A stretch of 64,000 nucleotides of DNA from Hydrolagus affinis (taxonomy: Eukaryota): contig JAAILG010000030.1 in NCBI GenBank assembly GCA_012026655.1, forward strand, positions 62,001-126,000, read 5' to 3'. This document shows, in pieces, positions 38,301-52,061 of the stretch. How positions within the stretch are numbered: position 1 is the stretch's first letter; the number at the start of each line of letters is the position of its first letter. Below the pieces are notes generated by a model that saw only the letters and a list, made by a program, of their open reading frames with translations, ran no database searches and was not told the origin of the DNA. Made by a program: the position numbers and the translations under genes.

Positions 38301-39306
38301 TCTGGAAGATCAAATGGGCCAAAGTGAACACAATTTTTGGTGATTGTCAATCTTTGATGCAGAAAATATTTTCTGCAAGCCCAACATTGCTCAGACTATG
38401 AAATCCATCTATAATGATGTTGCAAAGGATTAAAGTTGATTGCAATGTTTGAATTGCAGGCGAACAGAATTAAATAACAAATAGCATAATGCTGTATAAC
38501 TGCAGTTCGACTATCCAAATGTCCTCATTCACCTACTTGTATTTTATTTGATACATGTTATTGAACAATGGATATCTGGAGTGGGGGCTGGGCGGGGGGG
38601 TGGGTGGTGGAGTTATAACAACGCAATCAGGAGTTCACGTGAAGACATAAAACCACAAGAACAAAGTTCAAGTAATTTATTATCTTAGTTCAGATTCTGT
38701 TATTGCTTTCAATTCCATCAGTGTCTGTTGTTCTACTTCATGTACACAATGTCATTTTCATATATTGCAATTGACTTCAAGCGCATTTACTTAGTCTTGT
38801 CAGCACGCTGCTTTCAATGCTCCCTTGTGTGTACACTCACATCAGTCCAAAATATAAAACCCCTTTGTTCAATAGCAAGAAAAAAATTACATCATATGAC
38901 TGGTAGACATGTTTTGCAAGTTTTAATGTGCTGTATATTAATTAGGTTACAGTCTACTTATACAAATCTTCGAATGATAATTGCCCGTTGAGTGACTTCA
39001 ATATCAGCTGGCAATGTCCATAGAACATCAAAATTCTTGTCCTTCCAATGTCTGTTTTCCAATGGACTCCATAATCCATTGCTCAGAGGGAATGTTAACC
39101 AGTTATTGCATTTTATTTACTTGGGGTCACATTACAAAAAGCAAAGGCACCTAATCTAGCACACATGTTGATCAGTAATGGTTTTGATGTTTTAAAGCCA
39201 AGAGTATTTAAGTCAGTGCTTTTGTTCCTGTGATGTAAATCAAATGAAGGCTTTGTTTATTTATGTCAATTAGGAAGATTTATATTGTGTATCTTTATTT
39301 GTACAG

Positions 39307-39465
39307 ATGATAAAACTTGAGCAGACAATCAAACAGCTTAAGGAAGAAAGAGCCCGACTGCAGCAACACTGCCATGAATTGGTGGAAGAAAATGAACAGC
39401 TTCACGTACAACTGGAGGCTGAGAACGTAGCTATGGAAAGTGAGCAGAATGTTATGTCAATGGAG
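39307..39465 (+). CDS. PMFBP1: Exon 6 (53 aa, MIKLEQTIKQL...EQNVMSME)
   Basis: Acceptor tctttatttgtacag, donor GAG|gtcagt; 159 nt; ORF 39307..39498. Confidence 0.92.
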
Positions 39466-40783
39466 GTCAGTCCCCTTTTGTTCCAAACCTCCATGTAGAA
39501 TTACACATGTTATATAATCTGTGCATCATATCTAATTTACACTTCGCTGTAAACAATGTGTAAATTTATCTGAAAATGCCGCATAACCGCTGGAAAATCT
39601 TGTGGCGTGCAATCTGTTCATCATGTTCACAATAATGAACAGGTTAGTCCACAACACAGGAAAATCAATGAATAATTTCCCTTTAAAACATTGTAGTGCA
39701 TGATCTGTGTTACATGACCCATCTATGTACATTAGCTTTAGCTCTTTTTTCCATTCACAAATCACACGATTAGTTTGGATGAAAAACTTCTGAACTCTAT
39801 TTCAGAAGTCCTTGGCTTCCTGTGAAAAATTACTTTGCATTAAAATGATTTTTTGTTACAACTGTAACAAAATGTTAACAAGTTGGTTGATTTTTTACAA
39901 ATTGATTTCAAAAGTTCATTTTCAATTTTTTTGTCCTTTAGCATGAACTAGGATTGCTTATTAACCTTATATTCTACAAATGCAAAGAGATTTGATTTGT
40001 GTGCTTTTTTGGCATTGGCGTTGACAGTAATGACTTTGCTAACTAACTTTGTAATCCAATTTTGGTAACCCATCTTTGTGAATTGTGAGAAGTTTTTTAG
40101 ATTTGATATGAAGAATACTTTCAAATATGATAGAGCTTGGAGCAAAGGGACATGGCTCAAATTGAAGACTCATTTCTAATCGAATTGGAGTTCACAGAGA
40201 TATCTGATTTAATATGGAACTCCCAAGAGCAGTATAATTGTCAATTCAGAAGGAGATTCAAAAAGGTCATCCACACTCCAATTCTAACATAGGTTTCAAG
40301 GCACTAATTTTATTGTTATCAAGAGACAGATGGAAAAGGTGCATGGCAGTAGAAACTGAGAGTGAAAAATAGGAGAGAAAAAAAACTGTTTGCAAATAAA
40401 ATTCAATTAAATCCATGTACATATGCAGCCATGTTACAAATACTGTAACTTGATGGAAAATGTCAGATCGAATATAATTACCAAATCACAATTTGTCCCC
40501 TATAAACTCAGTGATTGTGTTTCTGACCCGTGATACCAAATAAGAGTAAAGATTTTGACATAAGCAAACAAGCCATTTCCTTTCTTGTGGATTTCCGTTC
40601 AGTCATTGATTTTGTAATTTTCAAACATGCAACTTGTTTGTATTGGAAAAGAATCAAAGGAAACGGAAAACCTTTGTTGTGATAAACCACCACATCATGA
40701 GAGAATCCTAGAAAAGGGTTATGTCACCATTTTTGCTAAATACAGTATATATAAAAAATGAATGAAGCCCTTTTTTTCTCCAG

Positions 40784-40867
40784 TTGAATATAAAGGAAAA
40801 TTTGATTCACAAGCTGAAAATGGAGAGCATCGCCCTGCAAGACAAAGCTAAGACATCTGAACAAAAG
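40784..40867 (+). CDS. PMFBP1: Exon 7 (28 aa, LNIKENLIHKLKMESIALQDKAKTSEQK)
   Basis: Acceptor ccctttttttctccag, donor AAG|gtaaag; 84 nt. Confidence 0.92.
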
Positions 40868-41539
40868 GTAAAGTGTTCTGCATGATTTGCAATTCTGGGT
40901 CTACATTTTGGTACATACACAAAAAGTATATACATTTAAAACCAGAAGAAGCATATTTCTACGCAATGAGTTGATTTCTGTTGGGTTTCCATGAAAATAC
41001 ATGTAATTCCACAATGTAAAGTAATAATAAATATTCACTTATTGGATTAAATTGTAGACATTTCACATCTCTGCTGGGATTGAGAGAGTTGCTTTACATT
41101 TCATGCAATTCCAAGGCGATGTGTTTGAAGATGATACTGATTTTCACATTGTCAAGTTATTCCAACTGGCCACCATCATGTAAATACCCAATTCCAATTA
41201 TGCAGCAAGTTGTCTAGTTCATTTGAGGGCTTAAGCTATAAAAGTATCTCCATTCTTCAACGAGAGAGAGATCACAGGCTCAAGCAAAATCTTTTGGGTG
41301 TTTATGTACAATGGCACAATTTTTCAAGTAAGCATTCTTTTGAAACAAAGAACCCAATTCTTAGTAACTCATTAACACAACTATGTCAATATGTCAATGG
41401 TAACAAAATTAAAAATAACATGACTAAAAACCAAAGGTTCTCTGAGATGATATAAATTGAGAATCTTTTTTATATGTAGCCAATTACAAACACCACATCA
41501 CTTTTAGAGCTGAAAACTTTTAAAGATCATGTTTTTTGT

Positions 41540-41582
41540 TGGGACATCCTCCTGACATGAAAGGCGCTGTTTAAATGTAATT
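41540..41582 (+). mobile_element. L2-type 3' tail
   Basis: gggacatcctcctgacatgaaaggcgctgtttaaatgtaa. Confidence 0.7.
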
Positions 41583-41682
41583 TTGATTGATTGGTTGGTT
41601 GATTGCTGGCTTGCTTGCTTGATTGGTTGGTTGGTTAATTGGTTGGTTGGTTGGTTAATTGGTTGGTTAATTCGTTGGTTGG
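41583..41682. repeat. Degenerate (TTGG/TTGA)n microsatellite at the end of the L2 tail
   Basis: ttgattgattggttggttgattg...ttggttggttgg. Confidence 0.9.
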
Positions 41683-42013
41683 TACAGCATACCTGTTTAA
41701 TTCCAGTGAATGTTAATGTTATGCATTGTAGAGAATCCATTCGGGAATGGAAAATATTTACAGATCACATGTGCAGTAATGCTTATATCGGTTGACAGAG
41801 CAATATATTGCAGAACTGCCTATTTTTATATTAAAAAAAGAAGCTGTAAAAGAACAGTATGTATTTTAGGCTTTATTGTTGATGCTCCTGCATTGCTAGC
41901 AGCTGAATCCATTAGGAGTACTGTGCCCTAATTTTTCAGGATGTGTTTTACCATTAGAGAGAGAGAAAAAATGATGATGCCTGTTACATTCTCTTCCTTT
42001 CCTTTCACAATAG

Positions 42014-42160
42014 ATTTTTCAACATGAGATGCAGATTGAACATCTAAATCAGCAGCTTAAATCAACAGAGGCAGTGAAAGTGACCAGTGATGAGACAATC
42101 CACAGCCTAGAGAGACAGCTTCGAGAGTACAGAACACGCCATCAGGAGATGGCAGAAGAG
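42014..42160 (+). CDS. PMFBP1: Exon 8 (49 aa, IFQHEMQIEHL...RHQEMAEE)
   Basis: Long pyrimidine tract ending cacaatag, weak donor GAG|gtcatt; 147 nt. Confidence 0.9.
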
Positions 42161-42630
42161 GTCATTGCTGTTACAAGCTAAACACATTTTTTTTAATCAT
42201 TTAGATTTGCTTGTTATTTTCTGCTCCTAGCATTGCAGTTTTAAACGTCCATCCTGCAACTGAGAGAAGAGCAAGTAAATAGGCTACAGATATCTCAGCA
42301 AATATTTTGCACCGATACTGGTTCGGAGTTTAGATAAATGGGGCACACATCATGGTCTTGGTCATTAGCTGGGAATCAATTGAAGTGATAATAAGTGGTA
42401 ATAAGCAGATTCCCTTCATCTGAATTTAGATGTAGTGTGATCACAAATTTTAATATTTGGGGCACTTTCTAGTTTAAAAGCAAATAGATACAACAACAAC
42501 TTTGATTTATATGGCGCCCTCCACAATGGACAGCGTCTCAGAGCGTTTCACAATAAAGGTTCCCGGGATAATGGAAAGACATTCAATAATTAAACCAGAG
42601 TTTCAAATACATTTTGATTTTGATTAGATC

Positions 42631-42743
42631 TATAATCTGTGCATTTTGATATAGTGCTTTTCACGCTTTCTAGACATCTCAAAGCGCTTCACAGAATATA
42701 TTGTAAAGTGAATTGACTGTTCGTGGTATATTTATGGGCGAAA
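42631..42743 (-). mobile_element. SINE 3' fragment (dominant family)
   Basis: tctagacatctcaaagcgcttcacagaatatattgtaaagtgaattgactg. Confidence 0.85.
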
Positions 42744-43264
42744 GACCTACATCAGTGAGCAGGAAGATTATCCTTCCCCAGATCAACACAATAATACAAT
42801 ATACTTGCCTACTCCCCAAAACATTATAGATTGGATTAAAAACAATCTAGATTAAATTTATAAGAAGCGATATATTTATTGAATGGCAATGATTACACAA
42901 AAATTATCTCCTTTGAGTGCTGTGGGTTGGGACTTAATCTGACTCAAAACTTTGATCTACAAAACCGCAAAGTGTCCCATCTGAAATGCAGTCCCGTATG
43001 CAACGACTTAAATTAACCTTTATGTTAATTCTGTTATGACGCAGCACTACAGTTGAGACTGGTAATGTTCTGCATTATGCAACTCTGGAATTTGGCGTCT
43101 ATTTGGTGTCCCTATGAATATCTTCAAACCCATCTGACCAAACCCTGCAAGGTGTACTTCAAAATAAAACATTATCTTGTGTTCCTCCATCAATGATATG
43201 CTCATAGCTGTATAGGTTCCTCTCAAATGCATCTTTCCGTTTGCAGTTGATGGTTTAATCTATG

Positions 43265-43520
43265 ACTCTTTTCCCATCAACTGTGGCTTTCCAAGGGTCT
43301 GTGTTCTATCCTCCCCTTTATCAATTACTCCCTACACTAATCCAACCCTATCCACTTTTGGCTGTTAATTCCACTCTATATTCATCACCTTCCTTCATAT
43401 TGCGTGCCCTCCGTGCCCTTAACCTTAACTCTTCCTGCAATGCAATGTTTCAATCACTGAATCTTGATCTTCATGCCCTTCAATGGACAAATGAAAATAT
43501 TTCTTTAAATTCTTCAGACA
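43265..43520 (+). mobile_element. L2 reverse transcriptase relic
   Basis: tgtggctttccaagggtctgtgttc (degenerate G.PQGSVL), then DLHALQW..N..LN; C/T-rich like L2 sense strand. Confidence 0.5.
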
Positions 43521-44244
43521 TAGTTGCTTTGTTTCTCTTTGCAAGTCAATCTACGGTTAGACTTCGCTGGAAAAAAATAATGTAAATGGCATTTGTCTCC
43601 CAAACCAAAGTGTCACTGGAGCAAAGCCAATGATGTTAAAGTAGGGAATACTACACAACATACTTTTCCTAGGTTGTTTTCAACTTTAGCTGTTTTATAG
43701 CATGAAGCATATTAAGTGCTGATTTATACTGATTTTGCGTCAGACGTTTACGCCGCTGGAGGCAACTTTTAGTGAAGAACGACTGATTTTCCTCCCACCA
43801 AACTTGGTTTGCCTCTGTATGGAGGGAACTGACTTTATGATACATGCTGCAGTGATTGGACTCAATGCAATGTCATTTCACTGCAAGTGTGCACCAAACT
43901 GAAGGAATTCACAAAATCAGCTGAAGAGTCAGATACACAGTGTGTTCAGTTTGGCCTCATATTTTGAGCCTTGAGAACCACAAAATAAGTGAAAAAGCAA
44001 AAAGACCACTGATCTCTTCACAGAACTTCTCTTTTTGCTTCGCTTTATTGGTGTTTTACACGGCAGCACAACCAACAAACAAGGAATTATTGTGCGCGTA
44101 AATATGATGAAGAATCCACTTGCCGTTTGCGTATTATGATTTGTTTAAACCAAAATAACTTTGTGTGTTTTGCACCCAAATTGATTCCCTCTATTCTCGG
44201 TGAAAGGAACTGATGATTGTATATTCCAACATTACTTATTCTAG

Positions 44245-44412
44245 GTGAAACGATGTGAAGAAACAATAAGCCAGTTGAATGAAGAGCTTTCATCTATTCA
44301 GATTGTTCAGGATTCAACTAAGAGGAGCACTGAGGTGAAGGAAGAAACAATCCAACAACTGACAACTGAGACTGAGCTCCTACAAAACAAACTCAAAGAA
44401 TCCCAATTTGGG
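44245..44412 (+). CDS. PMFBP1: Exon 9 (56 aa, VKRCEETISQL...KLKESQFG)
   Basis: Acceptor ttacttattctag, donor GGG|gtaatg; 168 nt; ORF 44245..44574. Confidence 0.9.
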
Positions 44413-44534
44413 GTAATGCCAATTTGCTTTGTTTGTGCTTTATACAGCAACACATTCAAAGAACAGATAAGGATAGTACATGTATATATATATATTCTGT
44501 TAATCAGACCTAACTCTGCTCACAGCTTTGTTGC

Positions 44535-44650
44535 ATTTCAACATACAAAACAGTTAGACCATTCAGTCCCTTGATTCTGTTCAACTAAATTTACCCCCCT
44601 CATCTCCCCATCCGTTGATATCCGTACCTAACAAATATCTGTTGATCCTA
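44535..44650 (-). mobile_element. CR1-type 3' UTR relic
   Basis: gaccattcagtcccttgattctgttc...ccccatccgttgatatccgtacctaacaaatatctgttgatc. Confidence 0.5.
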
Positions 44651-47600
44651 TTGACCCACGTTGTGTTCTAAAAGCATTGCATTCAACTATGAAAAGCTGT
44701 GTTGAAGCAGGAGTGAACAATAATTGAATTTCACAAAATTAATTTGACGTTGGTGAAATGCTTCAATGCTGACTGATTACTATCCTATTCAAAATATAAG
44801 TAACACAATTTAGTGATTTTGTTAATCAAATATTTGGGTGAGCTTTTGTGTTCCCACTTGACCACCTTTCATTCCACACAATTATTTTATACTTCTTTGG
44901 ATTTGATTATCCACCATAATGATGAGGCGGTGGGTGGGGTGGGGGTGGTAGCGGTGGGGAGCCTGGTGGATGATTGAAATTGACTGATAATTGAGGATGG
45001 AATCTTTCTTCATTTAACTGCACATTGTTTGAATAATTAACAACATTAATATACTTCAGAAAAATCATGCAACTGTACCTTCGGCTGTCATTTTATTACA
45101 GAAATATAAAAAGGTACCTACAGAACACAGGTATAAACTTCAGACTAGTTCAGCATCTAGTAAGCCCTCTTTAGGACATCCTTCTGACGTGAAAGGTGGT
45201 ATAAAAATGTAATTTATTGTTGTTTATTTTCATTACTATTTGCTGACTGAACATAAAACTGTCCAAAGAAAACATGCTTTTGATTTTCACATCTAAAATG
45301 ATTGATTTTCTGGGTAGGAATTCAAATTGCTGTTCTTTTCAGACGCAAGGTTATATTTACATTAGTGAAGCAAGCGCAGTTAGGTAGGTGACAGGAGGTT
45401 GGTGAATGATCAGGAAAACTGATAATTCAGTCATGGATAATCGAGGTTCCACTCTAGTTAACAATTACTGCAAACCACAAATTATTATGTTGCATGTTCC
45501 AAACTTCAGAAGTAATTGTGAAATAACAAAGCGAAATTTCTTGTGTCTCATCATAAACCAAATATAAAAGAACGAGATCTGCCTGAAATTTCGTCCTCGC
45601 GCCACACTGCGAGCACTTTGCTTTCAATTGTTTTGTCTGAGCCAAGACACTTGTAATTCAGATTGACTTGTATACTATTTCTTTGTTTTTGGAAATCAAT
45701 TTCCTGTTATCTTGAAACTCGCTCCGCAGTCTATTCCATGCAGCCTCCAGGTACTTGGGGTAATAAAATTCTGTCTGCATTCTGCACTGTGAGGTGTTTG
45801 ATGTTACTTTTTGTCGAATACAGATACAGTAACAGAATAATAATGTAAAACTCTCAGTAGGATGGCGGTGAAAGGAGTGAGGAGACTGATGATGCTTTCT
45901 GCATTGCTGATTAGCCAGCTTTTTTTTTCTAGTTACAATGAAGCTTTGTATGTCAGGCTTCGCTCAAATAAGCGATCGAGGGAATTATAGGTCATCTTAG
46001 CCATAAAGCAATATTCTCTTGATAAGAAGCACTTTCAAATCCATACCTTAAACACCAACTCTTAATGTTATTTGAAGTTTGTGATTCACTCTTATTCACA
46101 GTTGTGCGGGATCCTCAGTTATTGGTTCCTGGTGCGTATATTTCTCAGACAAGTGACTCCATACGGGGCAGTGTCATGCGAGACATCGCCCTGTATGAAT
46201 GCACAATATCAATGCAAGTTATTTTGGTTGTAATGTGTCAATTAAAAATGTTTTAACATCTCCTGAAATCGGAATGAATTTATGCTGCCTTTTTATCGGA
46301 TGTTCCCGCTCTTTTAATTCAATTGGGATTAGCAGGTTTATGAAAACAAGAGGATATGTTCCTTTGTATTGTATGTGACCTAAATATTTCACATTAATCT
46401 ATTATTATACTACATATATATATATGGCCGTGGAACTTCAGCCCTAGTTTCACAGAACAATAGGTGCAGGTGCTGCAGTAAGTCAGAAATGTGCTCTGCT
46501 GGGATGGAGAGAAATTTGGTTTGTAACTGTACATTTTTACACCACAGCAACATACTGTTTCCTTACTGGCCTCATTGTAATTCAATAAAATTGGCCCTAT
46601 GGACACCCACAATACTACCTCAGTGCAAAATACTGATCTAATTAATAGATCATTACACAGTTGTTTTTTTTGTAATCTACTATTTGGAATGGCATGTCCC
46701 ATCTGGTACTTTTTCACTGTGATAACTGGGTACAATGAAGTCAGGAAACAATTAATAATAATTATCTTTACATTTGATGTTGCACCTTTCATGTCAGGAA
46801 GACGGCTGAAAGTGCTTCACAAGATTTACCATCTAGCATAGTGACTGTTTATTCTGTAGGAAAATTAGGAAGAAATCAAAATGTTAACTGCTTATGTGGG
46901 AAAAATCGCAATATTACAAAGTAGAATTTCTACACAGTGCCGTATATGTTGTGTGTTCAATGTCCCTATAATCTATTAGACATTGTAGACCCTTAGATCT
47001 GCTGTAATTATGTCACGAGGGTACAGAAAACACTTCTGAGTGCCATTCACACTAAACTGAGATACTAGGTATAATTTTAGAAATACGAGACCCAAAACGG
47101 TCACAATTGGGAGTTGTAAAATTCCATGCACAGAATATAATATAACAAACAGGTGAGAGTAAATTTAAATCACTAACTTAATATGGGATTTAGAGTTTGT
47201 AAATCACTTGAGACTTTCAATACAGTTTGTCTCTATACGACTTGGCCTTCAATTAGATTATAGATTTTCAGTATTTCTATTCACCATTTAAAAAATGTGT
47301 ACAGCTTCCCTCTATCCAAAGAAAAATTCATGCTATACCTAAGGAAGACTGCAATTTGCCAGTTTTTCTAGTTGAACGTTTTAAGCGAAAAAATATTCTC
47401 AACTCAAAACTTCATATGATGATATTGCATTACACTATAAGGTATTATTTTCTGTGTTTTAATAGACTTAATATATGATCCTATACTATCATAATGGTTC
47501 TCAATTAATGAGATCATAACTCATTTGAACATTTGATTTCCTGGGGAGAAATTGAACTGGTTCTGAACATCCTCTATTAAAAATATGGTATGATTAAAAA

Positions 47601-48289
47601 TCAGCTGTATATGATTAATGTCCGTAAGGCAGAATGTAAGATTTGATCTACATTTTTCAGCTTCCAGGTGCAACAGCAAGAGAAGTGGGATGTTTGAAGC
47701 TATAAACAGTCGTTTACATTTCACTCCTATCACACATTTTCTGACCGTTTATCGCTTGCTGAATTTAGAAGTAGCTTAAACATTGACATTAACAGTAATT
47801 AACAGTTTAATGTTTCAGGGCTAGGATTGATCTTGACTGTGAACATTTAACGTCATTTAACATAAGGAAACCTTGCTGATCCCAGAATATAGAAATCATA
47901 GCTTGCCATGGATGATTTGTTCATTTGAGAACACATCTATCCTCATATCCTCCAAAACTGTTCTCAAAGCAGATGCATATCCAGTTCTCCTTTGAAGTTA
48001 ATTGAAGGAATATCTACTGCTTTTGTTGGGCAGACAGCATGCTCTATATGCACCACTCTCGTGCGGGATGGCGAACAGGGAGCAATTCTTCTCATCTCTG
48101 GTCTGGCTTGAGGCTTTTTAATCAAGATGTGCTTACACTTACAGACAGAAGTGCTGCAGATGGTGATAATAGAGTTGTAATCCCATTGGTAAATTAAGAC
48201 AGCCAACCATTCAAGAAACATTTATAATTCCACATCAAGAAAGAGGAAGGTATTTGGCCTATGCTGAAGTACGCTTGTTTTAAACTCCT

Positions 48290-48430
48290 GCTCAAAATGT
48301 GGATGTTATTGGCAGGGACAGCATTTATTGCCCATCCCGACTTGTCATGAGAAGATTGTGGTGGACTTCTCTTTGTACTGCTGCAGTTCACGAGGTTGTC
48401 CTTCCACAATGGAGTTGCAGAGAATTCCCC
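48290..48430 (-). mobile_element. HER1-like (elasmobranch CR1-clade) LINE 3' end relic
   Basis: gtggatgttattggcagggacagcatttattgcccatcc...tgagaag...ctgcagt matches the recalled HER1/HE1 tail. Confidence 0.6.
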
Positions 48431-49843
48431 CCTTCGTCCTTATTCAAAAGAACAAATAAACTAACATGCAAAATCAAATACAAGCATTATTTTATTGAAT
48501 GGAAAAACAGGCTTGGACCTATAACAACATACACAAAGTATCAAAAATAACTACTAATGTCATTGTAAGTGAATCAATCCATGTCCTAAACCGGTGGCAA
48601 TAACAAAAGTGAAGTGAAAAAGAAAATTCAAGATGAGAAGAGAAACCATCAAACCAAGAAGAAAACACTTGGCAGAATCAGTATGCAATAGCCAAACCTT
48701 AATATCTACTCAACAAGGAAAATGCTATGTCCTCAGAGTATGAACAGGATGGTAAGTGTTTCTTTAAACAATCTCCCCACAGTACTGTGAAACCATGTTA
48801 ATAACATTCACCTTAATTAGCTTGCTAATAGCAGTGTGTGAAGTCATTAATTCTTATGAATAAAAGACCTGTTTCCATATACCTCAGCTGCACTTGAACT
48901 GCATAAATTATCATATGTGTTTGATGTCTGCAGAAGTCCCTCTGCATTTCCACTACTTGTTTAATCCAAAATCATTAATAGAACAATGTTCTTCTTTTAT
49001 TCACAGATGAGTCATGTTCATTGCTGAATCCATCCCTAAGGCTAGAATCCCCATCAATGTGGTGTTAGAGAACCTCTAACTCTGGCGAGAGGAAGTCAAA
49101 ACCAGGCCCTGAAGATATGGTACCAAGGGACAATGATCTACAGTGTACCACTGAGTGAAAGGAAGTCTCTTAAACTGTCTTCTGCAGATCTATCTTTGTG
49201 GTGCACTATATAAACCAGAGAATCTACAGCAGTGGATTGCTGGATGTGTTGCCAAGCCACACAGCTGCGAACACTGACAATACCAGAGACCACTGAAGCC
49301 ATGCTTTCTAATACTGTTAACTCTATTGTAAATAGAATGGTTTTGAAGCATTAGTCATTTTGTCGCTGTCTCTTAGAGAAAGTATTGTATAGATACTTCT
49401 GAACCCCAAAGGTCATCACCTCATGTTTCTAATGAGAATAAGGAGCTTTGGCACCCCTCGAAGACGTGATAAGGTGTTATATCAAATGCAAGAAATATTA
49501 TAAAAAGGTTCATCTTGTGAGCCCTCTCGTACCTCACATCACAAAATCCTACAATCATCTTTTTGCTCTGCTCTGCTTCAAAAGATTGTGAAGACCAGTG
49601 ATATGACAAAGTTGTTGCAGCTGTAAGTGGAGCAGGACCTCATGGTTTGAACTATCTTTTCTAGTTCCTCATGCTTTCTTAAGTCATCAATTCCATTGAA
49701 ATTCTGAACCTGAGATTGAGCAGCAACAGATATTATGAGTCCTCCCGACGTGAAAGGCACTCTATCAATGTAACGTTGTTGTTGTTCTAAAGCTTTAAAT
49801 GCCATTCAGGAGATTAGCAAAAAAACAAAATTGTGTTTTGCAG

Positions 49844-50023
49844 ATGCTGGAAATGGAGGAACACCTGAATGCCACTGAATTTGAATCTGACACTTTAAGA
49901 TGCAAACTGCAGAATAAAGCAGAAGACTTTCAGCAGCTGATGGACCAGTTCAGGGAATGTCAAGAAGCCCTGCATCAGATGACCAACAAACTGAATGAAA
50001 CAGGGAGAAATGCAAACAATGAG
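49844..50023 (+). CDS. PMFBP1: Exon 10 (60 aa, MLEMEEHLNA...GRNANNE)
   Basis: Acceptor ttgtgttttgcag, donor GAG|gtacat; 180 nt; ORF 49799..50035. Confidence 0.92.
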
Positions 50024-51977
50024 GTACATGACTAGCTTTTGACCAGAAATGTTTTTTTTTAAATCGTTTAAAATGTTGACCATCCAGCATGATCAAAAAA
50101 AAGACAAGTGCGTCAAGTTTTTGGTGAAATCATTGACTATTTTGCAGAGATGAATGTTGCTTGTCTGCATATGTAATTGATTCAGAAATTTTAATCATTT
50201 AATGTTCTTTGGCTTGTCGAGATCAACCTCAGTCATGAGTGTGTAATACTGTACAATATAATACAATGTTTAATGAAAAAACTGCGGAAAAGAAACCTTA
50301 CCACGTAAATTAGTTGACCACGTTAGTAGGAAGACCTTAAAGTGAGCTTCTTCCACTGTACTATGACTCTTTATTGCTCTGCTCTGGACATTTTGTTTTA
50401 TATAAATCACCTGCATTCTTAGGTTTGTCTTGTGCAACACATATCTCATGTTTGATGCCGGTTTCATTGGCAAGTTTGCAATATTAACAGTTTGAGTTGT
50501 GCTGAAGTCAGCCCTGATTTTGAAATCTCCTGGAGGAGGTAATTTTAAGACCTGTGTGATTCACACACTCTGCGGTAAAAATATGGAATGTGAGATTAGC
50601 ACTCTTCCCCCATAAGACATAACATTTCCCAGAAACTTTCAAGGAACTTTACTTTTAAAGATATTTAGATTTCATGATCAACTATTTAATATCATTAAAA
50701 AGGAAACATCTCCTTTCTGTTTCTGAACATACAGCAATCTCTAAAATTGGGATTTCCTTTTTTCAATCCTGATTGAAAATGATGTGGAGCAGAAAGTCTA
50801 AATTGGGTTTCACTCCTGGAAGTGTAATCATGGTATAGCTGTCTAGTCAGTGCCTGAGTTGCGTGAAATGTTATTCAAATGATTGAAAATTATTAGCACC
50901 ATCATCTTTAAACTCTATTTTTACTTGAAAGCATACACATACCAAAGTCAACAAAGTAACACACATATAAAAAGATATTTTTGACCACTACGTTTTTTTC
51001 CTTTTTTTGTTCCTTTGTGACCTGTGGTGCAACATATTGTATTTTAAACACAAGAAAACTATGTGATGGAAATCCAATAGATAAGCCAAACAAAATAAAT
51101 TATTTCCTGATTAAAAATGGCTAAGGATTAGATATTTTGTATTATACCCATGTGAGTGTAATTGGTATCTTATGTACATTTGTTTGACAAATGTAGTGAT
51201 ATAAACATTACATGATTATATGATGTATAATCATGATTGGATCACTTGAGTATGATCTAGTCTAGTCAGTTGGTAGGTTCAATACAAGTGTTCACTTGTT
51301 AGTTAAATAAACTTTTTATAGCTTGTTACACCTCTAATTAAACTTTTGCTTTGTGTGACATACAGTAACAATGAAGAGATATTCTAATTTGTGAGGGTTG
51401 TAATTAAATTCTTGTGATAAATCTGAAATATGAAAGGGAATAATCCCTTGATTAAAAAAAATCAGGTGATTGTACAGCTTAAAAGGCGAAAATATTGAAT
51501 TCCTAGGATCTAGGAGATAATTAAATTGAATTAGATACCCAAAAATTGGATAAGGCACGTTTTTCAGTATCATGTGATTCTAACAGCAGAAGGATATATT
51601 AAACAAGTACCAGAGAAGAAGAAAAATGTGAAATCTCTGAGGAATTGTGGCTATTCAGTGGATTTTTTGAAGATATTTCAGCTCTAATTAGGCCCCATTA
51701 TAACCAAAGCTGCTGGATGCATATTCATTGAGTGGGGGGGGTGGAGAATGTTGGAGACTGTGAGCACTTCTCTTGATATATGTTCTTCCTCCAGATATAG
51801 TTCCATTAAAATAACTGCTTGTCCTTAGCATTTTGTCTACTTCATATAGAATTAAAAATTAGTGAAATGTGCTGCAAGTGTATTTTTTTGGTAAAATGTA
51901 GTGATTCGATGTTTTTGTCGGCAAACATATTTCGCATTTGTATTTGATGTAATCTTCATGTTTTGAAAAATCTGCAG

Positions 51978-52061
51978 ATTGCGAGAAGGGAAGAAAACAT
52001 TTGTACTTTACAGAAGCACATGGAAGACTTGCAGTATCAGTATACCGGCTGTTATTCTGAA
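51978..52061 (+). CDS. PMFBP1: Exon 11 (28 aa, IARREENICTLQKHMEDLQYQYTGCYSE)
   Basis: Acceptor tctgcag, donor GAA|gtgagt; 84 nt. Confidence 0.9.

Noticed and set aside
41504-41795. Trp/Gly/Leu-rich and Asn/Gln/Pro-rich ORFs
   Set aside because: Translations of the (TTGG)n microsatellite.
48691-48757. Strong donor ATG|gtaagt with a short open frame upstream
   Set aside because: No polypyrimidine acceptor and the peptide is not coiled-coil-like.
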